Shown: positions 52,828 through 63,389, counted from the first letter of the whole stretch. The stretch: DNA of 63,983 nucleotides, filler included, from Octopus bimaculoides (GCF_001194135.2; 5 parts of 5 records of this genome joined end to end with filler, not necessarily neighbours in it); one strand, 5' to 3'. Notes: generated by a model from the letters alone, not told the origin. Made by a program: numbers and translations.

Positions 52828-54807
52828 ATGCATTTGAATCAGTTACCCAAAGAATGTCTGCTAAAGATATTCCAATACCTGCCGTTAGTTGATGTTATCT
52901 TGGGGGTAAGGTCAACTTGTTCCGATTGGTACAAACTCAGTTTCAATGGCGTTCTCTGGAAAACGGTCAATCTCAACAATCGGAATATGGCGTCACGCAT
53001 GAGTGATGGAAACTTTTTAAATCTACTTCGTTCTGTTTCAGAAAGTGTTGAAGAGATTATTTTTGGTTACAGTCCAACCATTTCAGAAGTTAGCATCCTT
53101 CACGAAGAAATTCAATGCCCTAATTTAGTCAGCATTGACTTACGTAGAATTACTGTTGATGCCAGTGTTCTAGAGACATTTCTCACAAAATATCCGAGAA
53201 TGGAGAAGTTGTCTTTGGAATTAACACTAGCAGATAATTGCACTCAATTTTTAGAATTTTTCCAGAACCAGGACTTCTCTTGTTTAAAAACTCTTTCTAT
53301 TATATTTAAACTTGAGGAGGACTGTGATAAGAATCTCCAAGAAGGCCAGGAATTTGAAGAGGTGCTATCTAAGTATCCAACACTGTGTAACTTGAACTCA
53401 TTGTTGGTTGATGCCATTGTCCCCTGTACATCTTTACAGTGTTTGTCTATCAGGTTCAGCTATTTATCAGATGAAACCTTGTATAAAATTCTCTCTGCAA
53501 CTAAGCAATTGACACACCTTAACATTGCTGATTGCAGGTATGTAACCGGCAAAGCGTTAAATGCACTCACACTTGACAGTGGACTTGTTAATTTAAACAT
53601 GGATGACACCTGTGTAACGGACGATGCCATTAAAGTAACGGCCGAGAGATGTCACCGACTGCGGTCTGTCTCATTGGAAAATTGTCTGTGCATAACAGAT
53701 AAAGGGGTTAGTGTTTTGGCACAAAACTGTCCCTGTATCACAGATTTCTCTCTCAACCACAGAATTTTTAATGAAAACACATTTGATGATTTAACTGGTG
53801 GATCAAACAAACAGTCAATACTCCAAGATTTTGAGAAAATGAGTGTCAAACCCTTTTTAAGTGTGACCAATGTTAGTATCATGTCTCTGGTCAACTATTG
53901 TCACAACTTGAGTAAACTCGGTCTTGCTGGTTGCATGGCCCTCACTGACCAGGCAGTCGAACAGATAGCCTGTTCTTGTCCTTATCTAACCCTGTTAAAC
54001 CTATCTGCATGTATGCAGGTGTCTGATCGCTCTATTGAGTTGGTCTTTCAGAAGTGTCAATTCCTGGAAATACTTTTCCTTAGAAACTGCATCAATGTTA
54101 CCAAATTGACTTTCCCTGGCACCAAAACCAGAATTTATTCAAATGAATGCAATGTCTCAAAGGATGCTCAGAATGTGACTGATTCTTGTGATAACATGAC
54201 CAGAAGTTGTGAACCAGTAGTTGAAGCAGCCGAGAAAATACCTGACCAAGACAATGCCCATTGCCAATTGCATCAGCAATGTCTTTGTAAACAGGATTTT
54301 AAATTGACCATTTTGAATCTGAATTTCTGCACACAGATTTCAGACACATCACTCATGCAGATAGCACACAACTGTCCACGGCTGCACAAGTTATTCTTAT
54401 GCAGTTGCATTCAGATCACTGACTCTGGCATTGGAGTGATTGCAAAGATGTGTCCCCTACTCAATACTTTGGACATTAGCGGTTGGTCAGTTTGTAATGG
54501 GGAACACATGCAACTGACCGACCACAGCCTGATGGAACTCTCTGTCCATAGTCAGTACCTGTCGTGTCTGGTTGTCGTTCGATGCATGAACATCACAGTA
54601 AAGGGCGTCTGTGCTGTTCTCTCTAAGTGCAGCAAATTGCGCAAGGTTTGTATCAGCACTGGTGTGCACTTCAGAGTTAGCAGCGTCGCTTTGCACACCA
54701 GTTTGCAGAAAATCGAAGCTTACACTTCCCTGAAGAATTACAAAGATTCAAACCAAGATAACTTCATCGTTCTTGATTTGTACCCTTATAACAAGAGGTT
54801 ACTTTAG
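52828..54807 (+). CDS. F-box/leucine-rich repeat protein (FBXL type, cysteine-containing LRRs), 659 aa, single coding exon
   Basis: N-terminal F-box LNQLPKECLLKIFQYL...CSDW...LWKTVNL; many LxxLxLxxCxxITDxGxxxLAxxCPxL repeats; uninterrupted ORF with an upstream in-frame stop. Orthology is unclear. Confidence 0.93.
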   Translation: MHLNQLPKECLLKIFQYLPLVDVILGVRSTCSDWYKLSFNGVLWKTVNLNNRNMASRMSDGNFLNLLRSVSESVEEIIFGYSPTISEVSILHEEIQCPNLVSIDLRRITVDASVLETFLTKYPRMEKLSLELTLADNCTQFLEFFQNQDFSCLKTLSIIFKLEEDCDKNLQEGQEFEEVLSKYPTLCNLNSLLVDAIVPCTSLQCLSIRFSYLSDETLYKILSATKQLTHLNIADCRYVTGKALNALTLDSGLVNLNMDDTCVTDDAIKVTAERCHRLRSVSLENCLCITDKGVSVLAQNCPCITDFSLNHRIFNENTFDDLTGGSNKQSILQDFEKMSVKPFLSVTNVSIMSLVNYCHNLSKLGLAGCMALTDQAVEQIACSCPYLTLLNLSACMQVSDRSIELVFQKCQFLEILFLRNCINVTKLTFPGTKTRIYSNECNVSKDAQNVTDSCDNMTRSCEPVVEAAEKIPDQDNAHCQLHQQCLCKQDFKLTILNLNFCTQISDTSLMQIAHNCPRLHKLFLCSCIQITDSGIGVIAKMCPLLNTLDISGWSVCNGEHMQLTDHSLMELSVHSQYLSCLVVVRCMNITVKGVCAVLSKCSKLRKVCISTGVHFRVSSVALHTSLQKIEAYTSLKNYKDSNQDNFIVLDLYPYNKRLL

Positions 54808-55206
54808 ATACCCCTGTTGATCAATATCTACCCCAATGTACACTCCCAGCTGTAGCCACCTTGCCTGCAAATCTTCAGATGTGGCTAGCACATCCATTCA
54901 ACCCATAGTGGTTTAGTGTCAATTGTACCTCACAGGGCTGTCTATATCTCCCAGAGCTTTTGAGAAAGTTTCACCACATCATGGAACTGCTATACCACCT
55001 TACCACACTTCTTTATACCTCACTCTGTAACTAACATTGAAGCACAACACCATAACAATATCCCACCACTCAAACACACCACAGAGCTCCTTATTTCCTG
55101 TTTTCTCTGCTTGTGGCAGAATGCTCACCAACATAAGACAGTTGCCTCTATAGTATGAATTTATATTATTGGACATATCATGATAGTTTTATCAGCCATA
55201 CTGTTT

Positions 55207-56186
55207 CCAGCTTAAGGCATGCTGGAAACAGGTATTAATTTTGGAGTTTTCTTTCTAGATTAATTGCTTTCACTGCAGCTAAGTAGCTCACTCTACCCTT
55301 ACAGAAATATATCAATCCCATTGATGGGACCCTTCCTGGTACCACCATTCAAGGTCTGAGTGGACCAGGGAGTGATGGTAACTCCATGCTCCCCACAACT
55401 CAAGAACTCCCAAACGGGAGCTTTACTCTTATATGCTGGCTTGGGACATGTTGGAAAAAGGTATTAATTTTGGAGTTTTCCTTCTAGATTAATTGCTTTC
55501 ACTACATCAAAAGAGCACAGTCTACCCTTACAAAAATATATTCAACCTATAGACAGGATGCTAACAGGTACTACCATTCTGGGTTTGAACAGATCTGGGA
55601 GTAATGGTAACAAAGGAGTGACTCCACATTTCCCAGAACTCCAGACCTGAAGCCTTGTTCTTAATATGCCAGCTTAGGGCATGTTGGAAGTGGGTGTTAA
55701 TTTTGGAGTTTTCTTTCATCACAGCTAAGGAGCTCAATCTAACCTAACAAAAATCTATTCAATGGGATACTGAAAGGTACTACCGTTCCCAGTCATAAAG
55801 GACCTAGGAGTAATACTAATTAAGGGATGACTCCATGCTCCTCACAACACCAGAACTATCAAACCAGAGTCTCACCACCAGATATAGTTTAATGTCATAC
55901 TCAGGACAAGCCTCTTTTACCTTTGGGAGATCCATTTAACCCCTAGGTGTGACCCCGACAGGTACTACTGTTCCAGGTCTGAATGGATCTGGCCCTAACG
56001 GTAATTAAGGGGTGACTTTACACTCCCCAGAACTTCAGAATTCCCAAACTGGAACCTCCCCACCACATGTAGTTTAATTTCATACCCAGAACAAACCTCT
56101 TTTACTCCTTTGAAATTTATTTAATTCATAGATGGGACCCTGATGAGTACTACCATTCTATGTCAAAAAGGATCAGGGAGTACTGG
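55207..56186. repeat. Diverged tandem array of five 185-233-bp units
   Basis: ggtac(t/c)accatt-like motif at 55338, 55567, 55776, 55961 and 56146; ttaattttggagttttc present in the first three units. Confidence 0.8.
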
Positions 56187-56711
56187 TAATTAACCCCTTT
56201 GATATCAACCCACCCAAGTTCACCCTTGCTTCTGTGATACAAACTTACCATTTTAAGGGGATCTAAATAAAAATCTCCCATGAAGCTTCTATATTAATTT
56301 ATGCCCCAATTATCAGCTTTGTAATGATGAAGATGTTTTAGTAAATTCTTAATTATTTTCAAAATTAATTAAAATAAAGAAGGTGCCCCTATTCAAAATC
56401 TTGTACACCCAGTCATAAGAAATACATTTAATGCCACCCGAGTGGGCATAGATTAAGTGTGAAATGGACTATATACCTCTTAACTCCCTAACATACTGCT
56501 GGTGATACAATTGACTCTGCCCCTTTCAACCTTACAAAATTTAGCTTTTTGCCTATGCAAAATAAGTAGTATTATTCTTTTTAACTCAGGTTTTTGTTGA
56601 AACTCCTGGAGTCTTGCATGCGTAGTGAGCTTGCTGCCTGCAGCCTACGGTATGATGCTATCAACTAATTAATACTTTCCTTATTATTATTATTGTTGTT
56701 GTTGTTATTAA

Positions 56712-56827
56712 GGTGGCTAGCTGGCAGCATCGTTAGCACGCTGGGCGAAATGCTTAACATTATGTCATATGTTGCTGCGTTCTGAGTTCAAATTTTGCTG
56801 AGGTCACCTTTGCCTTTCATCCTTTCG
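56712..56827 (+). mobile_element. SINE family 2 5' half, CpG-decayed, cut by a join
   Basis: ggtggctagctggcagc...gagttcaaattttgctgaggtcacctttgcctttcatcctttcg. Confidence 0.8.
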
Positions 56828-56927
56828 NNNNNNNNNNNNNNNNNNNNNNNNNNNNNNNNNNNNNNNNNNNNTTAATTAATTAANNNNNNNNNNNNNNNNN
56901 NNNNNNNNNNNNNNNNNNNNNNNNNNN
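56828..56927. other. Artificial scaffold join (N44-TTAATTAATTAA-N44)
   Basis: Same 100-bp structure. Confidence 0.95.
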
Positions 56928-57129
56928 GTTTAGTTATAACAAAAGCGATTTTCCATTAATCTGGTGGACTTCTCTGAATACAGATTTAATATTCTTATAC
57001 AAGAATGCCGTTGGCAGTGACTTCGAAGCTTCAGCCATTGTTGGACTGTTGATGATGGCTTAGCTAGCTGAAACTTTGAAGCCACTGTCAACAACATTGT
57101 TGGTTAAGAGTAATGAATATATATGTATG

Positions 57130-57172
<43 letters not shown>

Positions 57173-57183
57173 ATATAAAAGGA

Positions 57184-57282
57184 TTTCATAATGAGATAAA
57201 GAACCAGGGCTGTGTATAATATAGAACATTTATAAATGTTCTAAAATATACACATCCTTGGTTTTTTTATCTCATTATGAAA
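57184..57282. repeat. Loopless imperfect palindrome, ~49-bp arms
   Basis: Centre agaacattta|taaatgttct; outer tttcataatgagataaa / tttatctcattatgaaa. Confidence 0.85.
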
Positions 57283-57620
57283 AGTAAATCCTTATATTCA
57301 CATGCTGATATGTGACCTACGCTGGACCCCTTATTCGCATAATCACCGAACCTGGAGCCTAACTTTGGTCTATTCATAGCAGTTACACAGCATTACCTGA
57401 GACCTCTGGGCCTCATTGACACCACTACTGCACATAATCTATAACATATATATATATACATACATACATACATACATACATACATACATACATACATACA
57501 TACATACATACATACATACATACATACATACATACATACACACACACATACGTACACACACATATACAATTAAATATGTACATATCAATTTGGATGTGAA
57601 TGTGTGTGCATGCATGTGTT

Positions 57621-57659
<39 letters not shown>

Positions 57660-58749
57660 CTCGCCTTGCCTTGATGTGATACCAGTAAAGGGAATGTCAC
57701 TGTTATCCAAGCAGTGACATTCCTTCCAACATTCTGTGAAAAACATGCCTGGCCATGCATGGGAAACGTCACCTTGCTTGGAAACAAATGAGGGTTGGTG
57801 ACAGGAAGAGCGTCCAGCTGTAGGAAATTTCTGTCTTAAAGTCGTTTCTGATGTATGCAAGCATTGAAAAGTGGACATTAAGACTATGGTGTTGTTAAGT
57901 GCTGATGTATCTCATTGAAAGATGTAAATGTTGGTTAAGACGACCCCTCCCCCGCCTCNNNNNNNNNNNNNNNNNNNNNNNNNNNNNNNNNNNNNNNNAA
58001 AAAAAAAACTAGTGCATTCAAATAAAAATATCCTGTATAGTTATTTGTTCCTCCCAATTGTGTAGACAATCCCTTGTCTTTGTCACCTTCAGAAATGCTG
58101 TGAACCAGTGATTGACCTGTTGAAACCCTGTAACCAATAATGTCACTGGTCACCAACATTCAATATGAAAAAAAGAAAAGAATGAACAAATAAAAAGGTC
58201 TTAACAACAAACCATTGTTGCGTCTAGGTAGGGTCATTATGCCAAGAGTAACACATGCACTGGTTCTGTGAGTCAATTAGTTAATTATCTAACCAACTAA
58301 TTAATCAATTGATTGTTTAATTTGCTGGTTAACCAATCATTTGTTAGTCAAAATCCTTTCATCACTATTTGTGACTTCCTTGAGTCTGTCTAAGAATCAG
58401 TCTTATGCCCGTGTGTTTGTGTGCGTGTGTTTGTATGTGTGTACGTAGGTTGTTTCATCAAGACATTAAGTTTACAGTCAGTTAATTAGTTATTTGATTA
58501 GATCTTCAACTGATTAACAATGAAGAAGTGATATTGAATTCAGTGCATGTGTTAATATTATTGGAAAATGACCCTCCCAAGAATGTTTCAATACATGAAT
58601 TCACATCAAGAATCTTGCAAAGCAATTACAACAGCGAAATAACAGACCATAGTTATTTCCTTTAATTATGCTTACCTAATGAAGCAGCTGAAACGGGTTT
58701 GCTTTGAAGGGTTTTTAGGGTAACATTACTCAGTAGAGCTCATAGCTTG

Positions 58750-59030
58750 GAGATCACTGGGGCACTGGAGGAAGAGCTGCTGCTTCTATGAATGCAGAGA
58801 TCCCAGCACCAGTATTATGGACATGTGGTAAGAATGTCTCGGACAGGTTTCACAGACAAAAAAACCAACAAGCAGGAGATGCAGAGGGAGACCATAGGCA
58901 AGATGGCTGGATAACATCCATGAGCTCGGTTGGTCTTGCTTGGAGATTCAGCTGGATCGATTAGAGACGGAAGCTTTTGACAGGACGTGATGGAAGGTGT
59001 CTGAGAACTCTCTGCCAACACAAAGATAAA
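58750..59030 (+). mobile_element. Degenerate LINE (RTE/L2-type) 3' fragment
   Basis: LLLL*MQRSQHQYYGHVVRM ... RRCRGRP*ARWLDNIHELGWSCLEI ... AFDRT*WK resembles the LRWFGHV..GRPR.RW.D motif. Confidence 0.7.
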
Positions 59031-59533
59031 ACGAGATAACCAAGCACTTTGATGTTTAATTAAAAATAATCTCATTATCGTTAGTGTTGCTATTGTTTTT
59101 GTGTGTTTTGTTTTTGTATGAGTCTATTAACAATTGTTTTTTTTTCTTTCTTTTTTGTGTTTGATCTTTATGCATGATGTCACTTGCTGTTACTACTACT
59201 ACTACTACTACTCTAACAATTACTACTACTACTACTGATACGACTACTACTGCTACCACCACCACCACCACCACCACCACCACCACCACTACTACTACTC
59301 CTCCCACTGCTGTTCTGTGTATCTGTGTCTGTACACACATGGTCTACAATGTTGGACATCGTTCGTTACAGTATGCTAAAGTTGAGGTATTCATTTTATA
59401 TTTATTTTCTGCTCCTTTGTGTGTTTATGTATGTATGTATGTATGTATGTGTGTGTGTGTGTGTGTGTACATGTGTGTATATACACACACATATGTATGC
59501 ATGTGCATGTATATCTGTGTATGTATATGTGTG

Positions 59534-59765
59534 TTATTTCTTTACTACCCACAAGGGGCTACACACAGAGGGGACAAACAAGGACAGACAAACGGATTAA
59601 GTCGATTATACCGACCCCAGTGCGTAACTGGTACTTATTTAATCGACCCCGAAAGGATGAAAGGCAGAGTCGACCTCGGCGGAATTTGAACTCAGAACGT
59701 AGCGGTAGACGAAATACCGCTAAGCATTTCGCCCGGTGTGCTAACGTTTCTGCCAGCTCGCCGCC
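59534..59765 (-). mobile_element. SINE family 2, full length, CpG-intact (young)
   Basis: Near-identical to the reverse complement of 20306-20547. Confidence 0.92.
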
Positions 59766-59912
59766 TTAATGTATGTGTGTATGTATATGTGTGTATGTAT
59801 ATGTATATGTGTGTATATCTGTATGTATGTAGTGTGTTATATATATATATATATATACATACACACACACATATATATGTAAGACCAAAAGTGTATGTAT
59901 GCCACTATATGT

Positions 59913-60428
59913 ATATATAAAAAAGATAACGAAAAATGGAACAAGAATGTAACAGGTGACAACAAGACATCTGGAGAGTTAGATGATACAAACAAGGACG
60001 GGTCATGAGTTTTCTGTCCTCAGTAGAGTTCCAGATTTTCTCAGCAGTTTCAGCCGGTTACACTCAAGACTGCTCCAATCTGACTGGCCTCAAGAACATC
60101 TAAGCTAAGAGCACTAGATGCCTTGGAAGAAAGCAAGCGAATGTATTCGTCCTTGTTTTTCGTCCTTGTTTTTGTATACATTCGCTTGCTTTCTTCCAAG
60201 GAATCTAGTGCTCTTAGCTTAGATTTTCTTGGGGCTGGCCAGATTGGAGCAGTCTCGAGTGTAACTGGCCAAAACTGCTCAGAAAATCTGGAACTCGACT
60301 GAGGATAGAAAACTCTGAATGACCAGTCCTTGTTTTTTCCTCTCTTTTTTTTATATCGTCTAACTGTCCGAATGTTTTGTTATCGCCTGTTACGGTCTTG
60401 TTCCATTTTTGTTTTCTTTTATATATAT
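59913..60428. mobile_element. Fold-back element, ~235-250-bp arms, 29-nt loop, embedded in (TA)n
   Basis: 59913-60146 pairs with 60176-60428; the inner ~47 bp are almost perfect. Confidence 0.88.
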
Positions 60429-61104
60429 GTGTGTGTGTATACAAAGATAAATTAAATATTGAGATATTCTATTGACATTCAATAATTTATTTATATTACA
60501 ATATTACATTAAATACTATTAATATAATATATAACATAACATAAATAATTATAAAAACCATAAAAGGCCAACAAATTGTTTCGACTTATATATATTTTTT
60601 CTGATATACATATATATATTCCATTATATATATTGTCACTTCAGAGTCCTTGATCCAGAATGACGAAATTCTGTGTGAAAGGTGGTGTGTGTTTTTATGT
60701 GTGTAAAAATGTGTGTGTATTTTCAGCATATGGCCCTGTGGTTAGGATTGAAGACTCACAATCAATAATGTTATGAGTTCTAATCCTACACCAGGTTGCG
60801 TGTTATGTCCTTCAGCAAGACACTTCTTTTCACATTGCTCCTGTCTACTCACCTGAAAATAAGCCCCACTCATGTGCTGCTGCAAATCCATGCCCTTCTC
60901 CACTTGTCACATCCTTGATGTTACTTTGGATCGAGAGTGGGACAGCCAGAAGTTTGTTTATGTCTGCTTGCGACTAAACAGGCAGCTAAAAGAATTAGTA
61001 AAAGCATGTTACAAGCTTCCAGGTCATGCTTGCATGTGATTGAGAGCTAATCTTTTGATACATCAGACTCGTTACAAAACAACTGCAGTTATTAACAATT
61101 AACT

Positions 61105-61309
61105 TTATCCCTTAGCATTAATTAGTCTGCCAAATGTAATGCTTCTTTATTCACAATATTTTGAATTGATCCTACATTATGTCATAACTTTGAGATTTCA
61201 ATGATGTAATTATTTTTAGAATGACATTGTAGGGTAGGTATGAAAGGCTGGATAAAACAGGTAAAATATTTGGGTCATGGATATGGCAATTTAAATGCTT
61301 CGTGGTTAA
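61105..61309. mobile_element. piggyBac-like MITE copy
   Basis: Same unit as 38450-38675; ends aaatgcttcgtgg|ttaa. Confidence 0.7.
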
Positions 61310-61368
61310 AGCAGTATGTCTTCAGAATAACCAAGCATTTATTTTTGGTCCTGACACTTTGTGGAACA

Positions 61369-61764
61369 TACTCTTTTACTTGTTTCACTCACTTGACTGT
61401 GGCCATGCTGGAGCACCGCCTTTAGTCAAGCAAATCGACCCCAGGACTTATTCTTTGTAAGCCTAGTACTTATTCCATCGGTCTCTTTTGCTGAACCGCT
61501 AAGTTACGGGGACGTAAACACACCAGCTTCGGTTGTCAAGTGATGTTGGGGGGACAAACACAGACACACAAACATATACACACACATACATACATATATA
61601 TGCGATGGGCTTCTTTCAGTTTCCGTCTACCAAATCCACTCACAAGGCTTTGGTCGGCCCGAGGCTATAGTAGAAGACACTTGCCCAAGGTGCCACGCAG
61701 TGGGACTGAACCTGGAACCATATGGTTGGTAACCAAGTTACTTACCACACAGCTACTCCTGCAC
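61369..61764 (-). mobile_element. SINE family 1, full length, partial CpG decay
   Basis: Near-consensus with several CG>TG/CA changes. Confidence 0.92.
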
Positions 61765-62409
61765 CTCAATTATTTTTAATTATTTTAAGTTGTCAAATTA
61801 AAGATGGAAGAAAACCTCAGTAAATTAAAGCACAAAATGGAACATGAGCAACAGAAATGGCTGGCAGCTTCAACCTAATATTTGTTTTTGAAGCTGGATG
61901 TGGCTTCTGTCGCTAACCCTTACTTGTTTTGCGACTTGAGTGATTTCTAATTTCACATGACTTCAATGATGCGGAGCAAACAGACAGCTTATTGACAGAA
62001 GATGTAGCAAAAACAACACTGCTTGCAACAAGTGACACACACACACACACACACTAAATGCTGACACTCACATAGACACACACACTCTAAATGTTGACAT
62101 ACAAATACATACACAAACTTCCAATTTCTTTCTACCAAATTCATTCACAATAGCATTGGTTGGCCCAGGGTTATTACTAGAAGACATTTGTCCAGTCCAA
62201 GGTGCTGTGCAATAAGATTGAACTCACATGCACATAGCTGGGAGTGATGTGACTTGGACAGGATTTTCTCAGGTCAACTAAGTGCATTTTATCAAGGCCC
62301 TTCTCTGACATTAGGGACGTCTTTGGTATGAGGACCAAAATGTCTTCATCTATTTTGATGTTTGTTTTTTGTTTTCCTTGTTTCATGTTTTGTTTTATTT
62401 TCCCCTCAG

Positions 62410-62574
62410 CTTGATGATGGCATGGAACGGGGACAGATCTCGTTGGATGACTTCACTCTTCTGCGGGTCATCGGTCGAGGAAGCTATGCCAAGGTCCTTA
62501 TGGTTGAGCAGAAAACCACGAAACGCATTTATGCAATGAAAGTCATCAAGAAAGCAATGTTTAATGATGAAGAG
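62410..62574 (+). CDS. aPKC: Atypical protein kinase C (PKC iota/zeta type), internal exon encoding the hinge end and kinase subdomains I-II
   Basis: ttttcccctcag|165 nt|gttagt, phase 0/0; [24 protein letters not shown]...[13 protein letters not shown]. The GRGSYAKV loop is diagnostic of atypical PKCs. Confidence 0.93.
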
Positions 62575-62582
62575 GTTAGTAT

Positions 62583-62682
62583 NNNNNNNNNNNNNNNNNN
62601 NNNNNNNNNNNNNNNNNNNNNNNNNNTTAATTAATTAANNNNNNNNNNNNNNNNNNNNNNNNNNNNNNNNNNNNNNNNNNNN
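62583..62682. other. Artificial scaffold join (N44-TTAATTAATTAA-N44)
   Basis: Same 100-bp structure, 8 nt after the aPKC donor. Confidence 0.95.
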
Positions 62683-62788
62683 AGGTCACTGCTTGGAATC
62701 GAACTCGGAATCTTGGGGTTAGTAGCCTGCATCCTTAACCACTACACCATATGCCCACGGGCATATGGCATAGAAGTTAAGAGCGCAG
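62683..62788. mobile_element. Head-to-head inverted pair of tRNA-like SINE heads
   Basis: ccatatgccc-ac-gggcatatgg palindrome; the minus unit has A box tggtgtagtgg and B box gagttcgattcc. Confidence 0.7.
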
Positions 62789-62789
62789 T

Positions 62790-62888
62790 CTATAGTAGAA
62801 GACACTTACCCAAGGTGCCACGCAGTGGGAATGAACCCGGGACCATGTGGTTGGTAAGCAAGGTACTTACCACACAGCCACTTCTGCG
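62790..62888 (-). mobile_element. SINE family 1 5' half
   Basis: ctatagtagaagacacttacccaaggtgccacgcagtggg...cttaccacacagcc. Confidence 0.88.
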
Positions 62889-62902
62889 CTTTTAGTTAAA
62901 TA

Positions 62903-63389
62903 TTTTAAACAATATTGCTATATTGTATAAAGTTAAAGTTTTGGGTTACTCAGGATTATTAAGAACAATATTATAACAAAAGGAATAAAACAAAAAAGGT
63001 TAAAAAGTGTTTTGATTACTTTTAAGTATATACCAAAATTGTACCACAATAGAGGGAGGAAAAGAAATTATCTAGGAATTGTTTAATATTTATACATATT
63101 ATATATTTAAATACTATCTTTTCAGATGGTATCTGTGAATATTGATCAATTGGTATATACTGCTATTTAATAAAGGAGTACTGAGGTAAATCAAGTAATT
63201 TCTAAATACCATTTCAAACAATATTGCCATATTGTATAAAGTTAAACTTTAGGGTAGTCAAGAAGATTATTAAGAATGATATTATAACAAAAGCATAAAA
63301 CTTCTTGGAATACTTTTGAGTATATCCCAAAATTTTACCACAATAGAGGGAAGAAAAGAAAATTACATAGAAATAGTTTAATATTTATA
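62903..63389. repeat. Diverged ~190-bp direct repeat x2
   Basis: 62903-63094 and 63212-63389 share aaacaatattgc.atattgtataaagttaaa ... accacaatagaggga.gaaaagaaa. Confidence 0.85.

Noticed and set aside
57935-58159. Minus-strand ORF or plus-strand acceptor as a missing aPKC exon
   Set aside because: No similarity to PB1, C1 or hinge sequence, and no suitable donor before a stop.
25325-62574. Functional GPCR / F-box / aPKC signalling cluster
   Set aside because: Separated by three joins of unknown size and different CpG regimes; adjacency alone is not evidence of a shared pathway.
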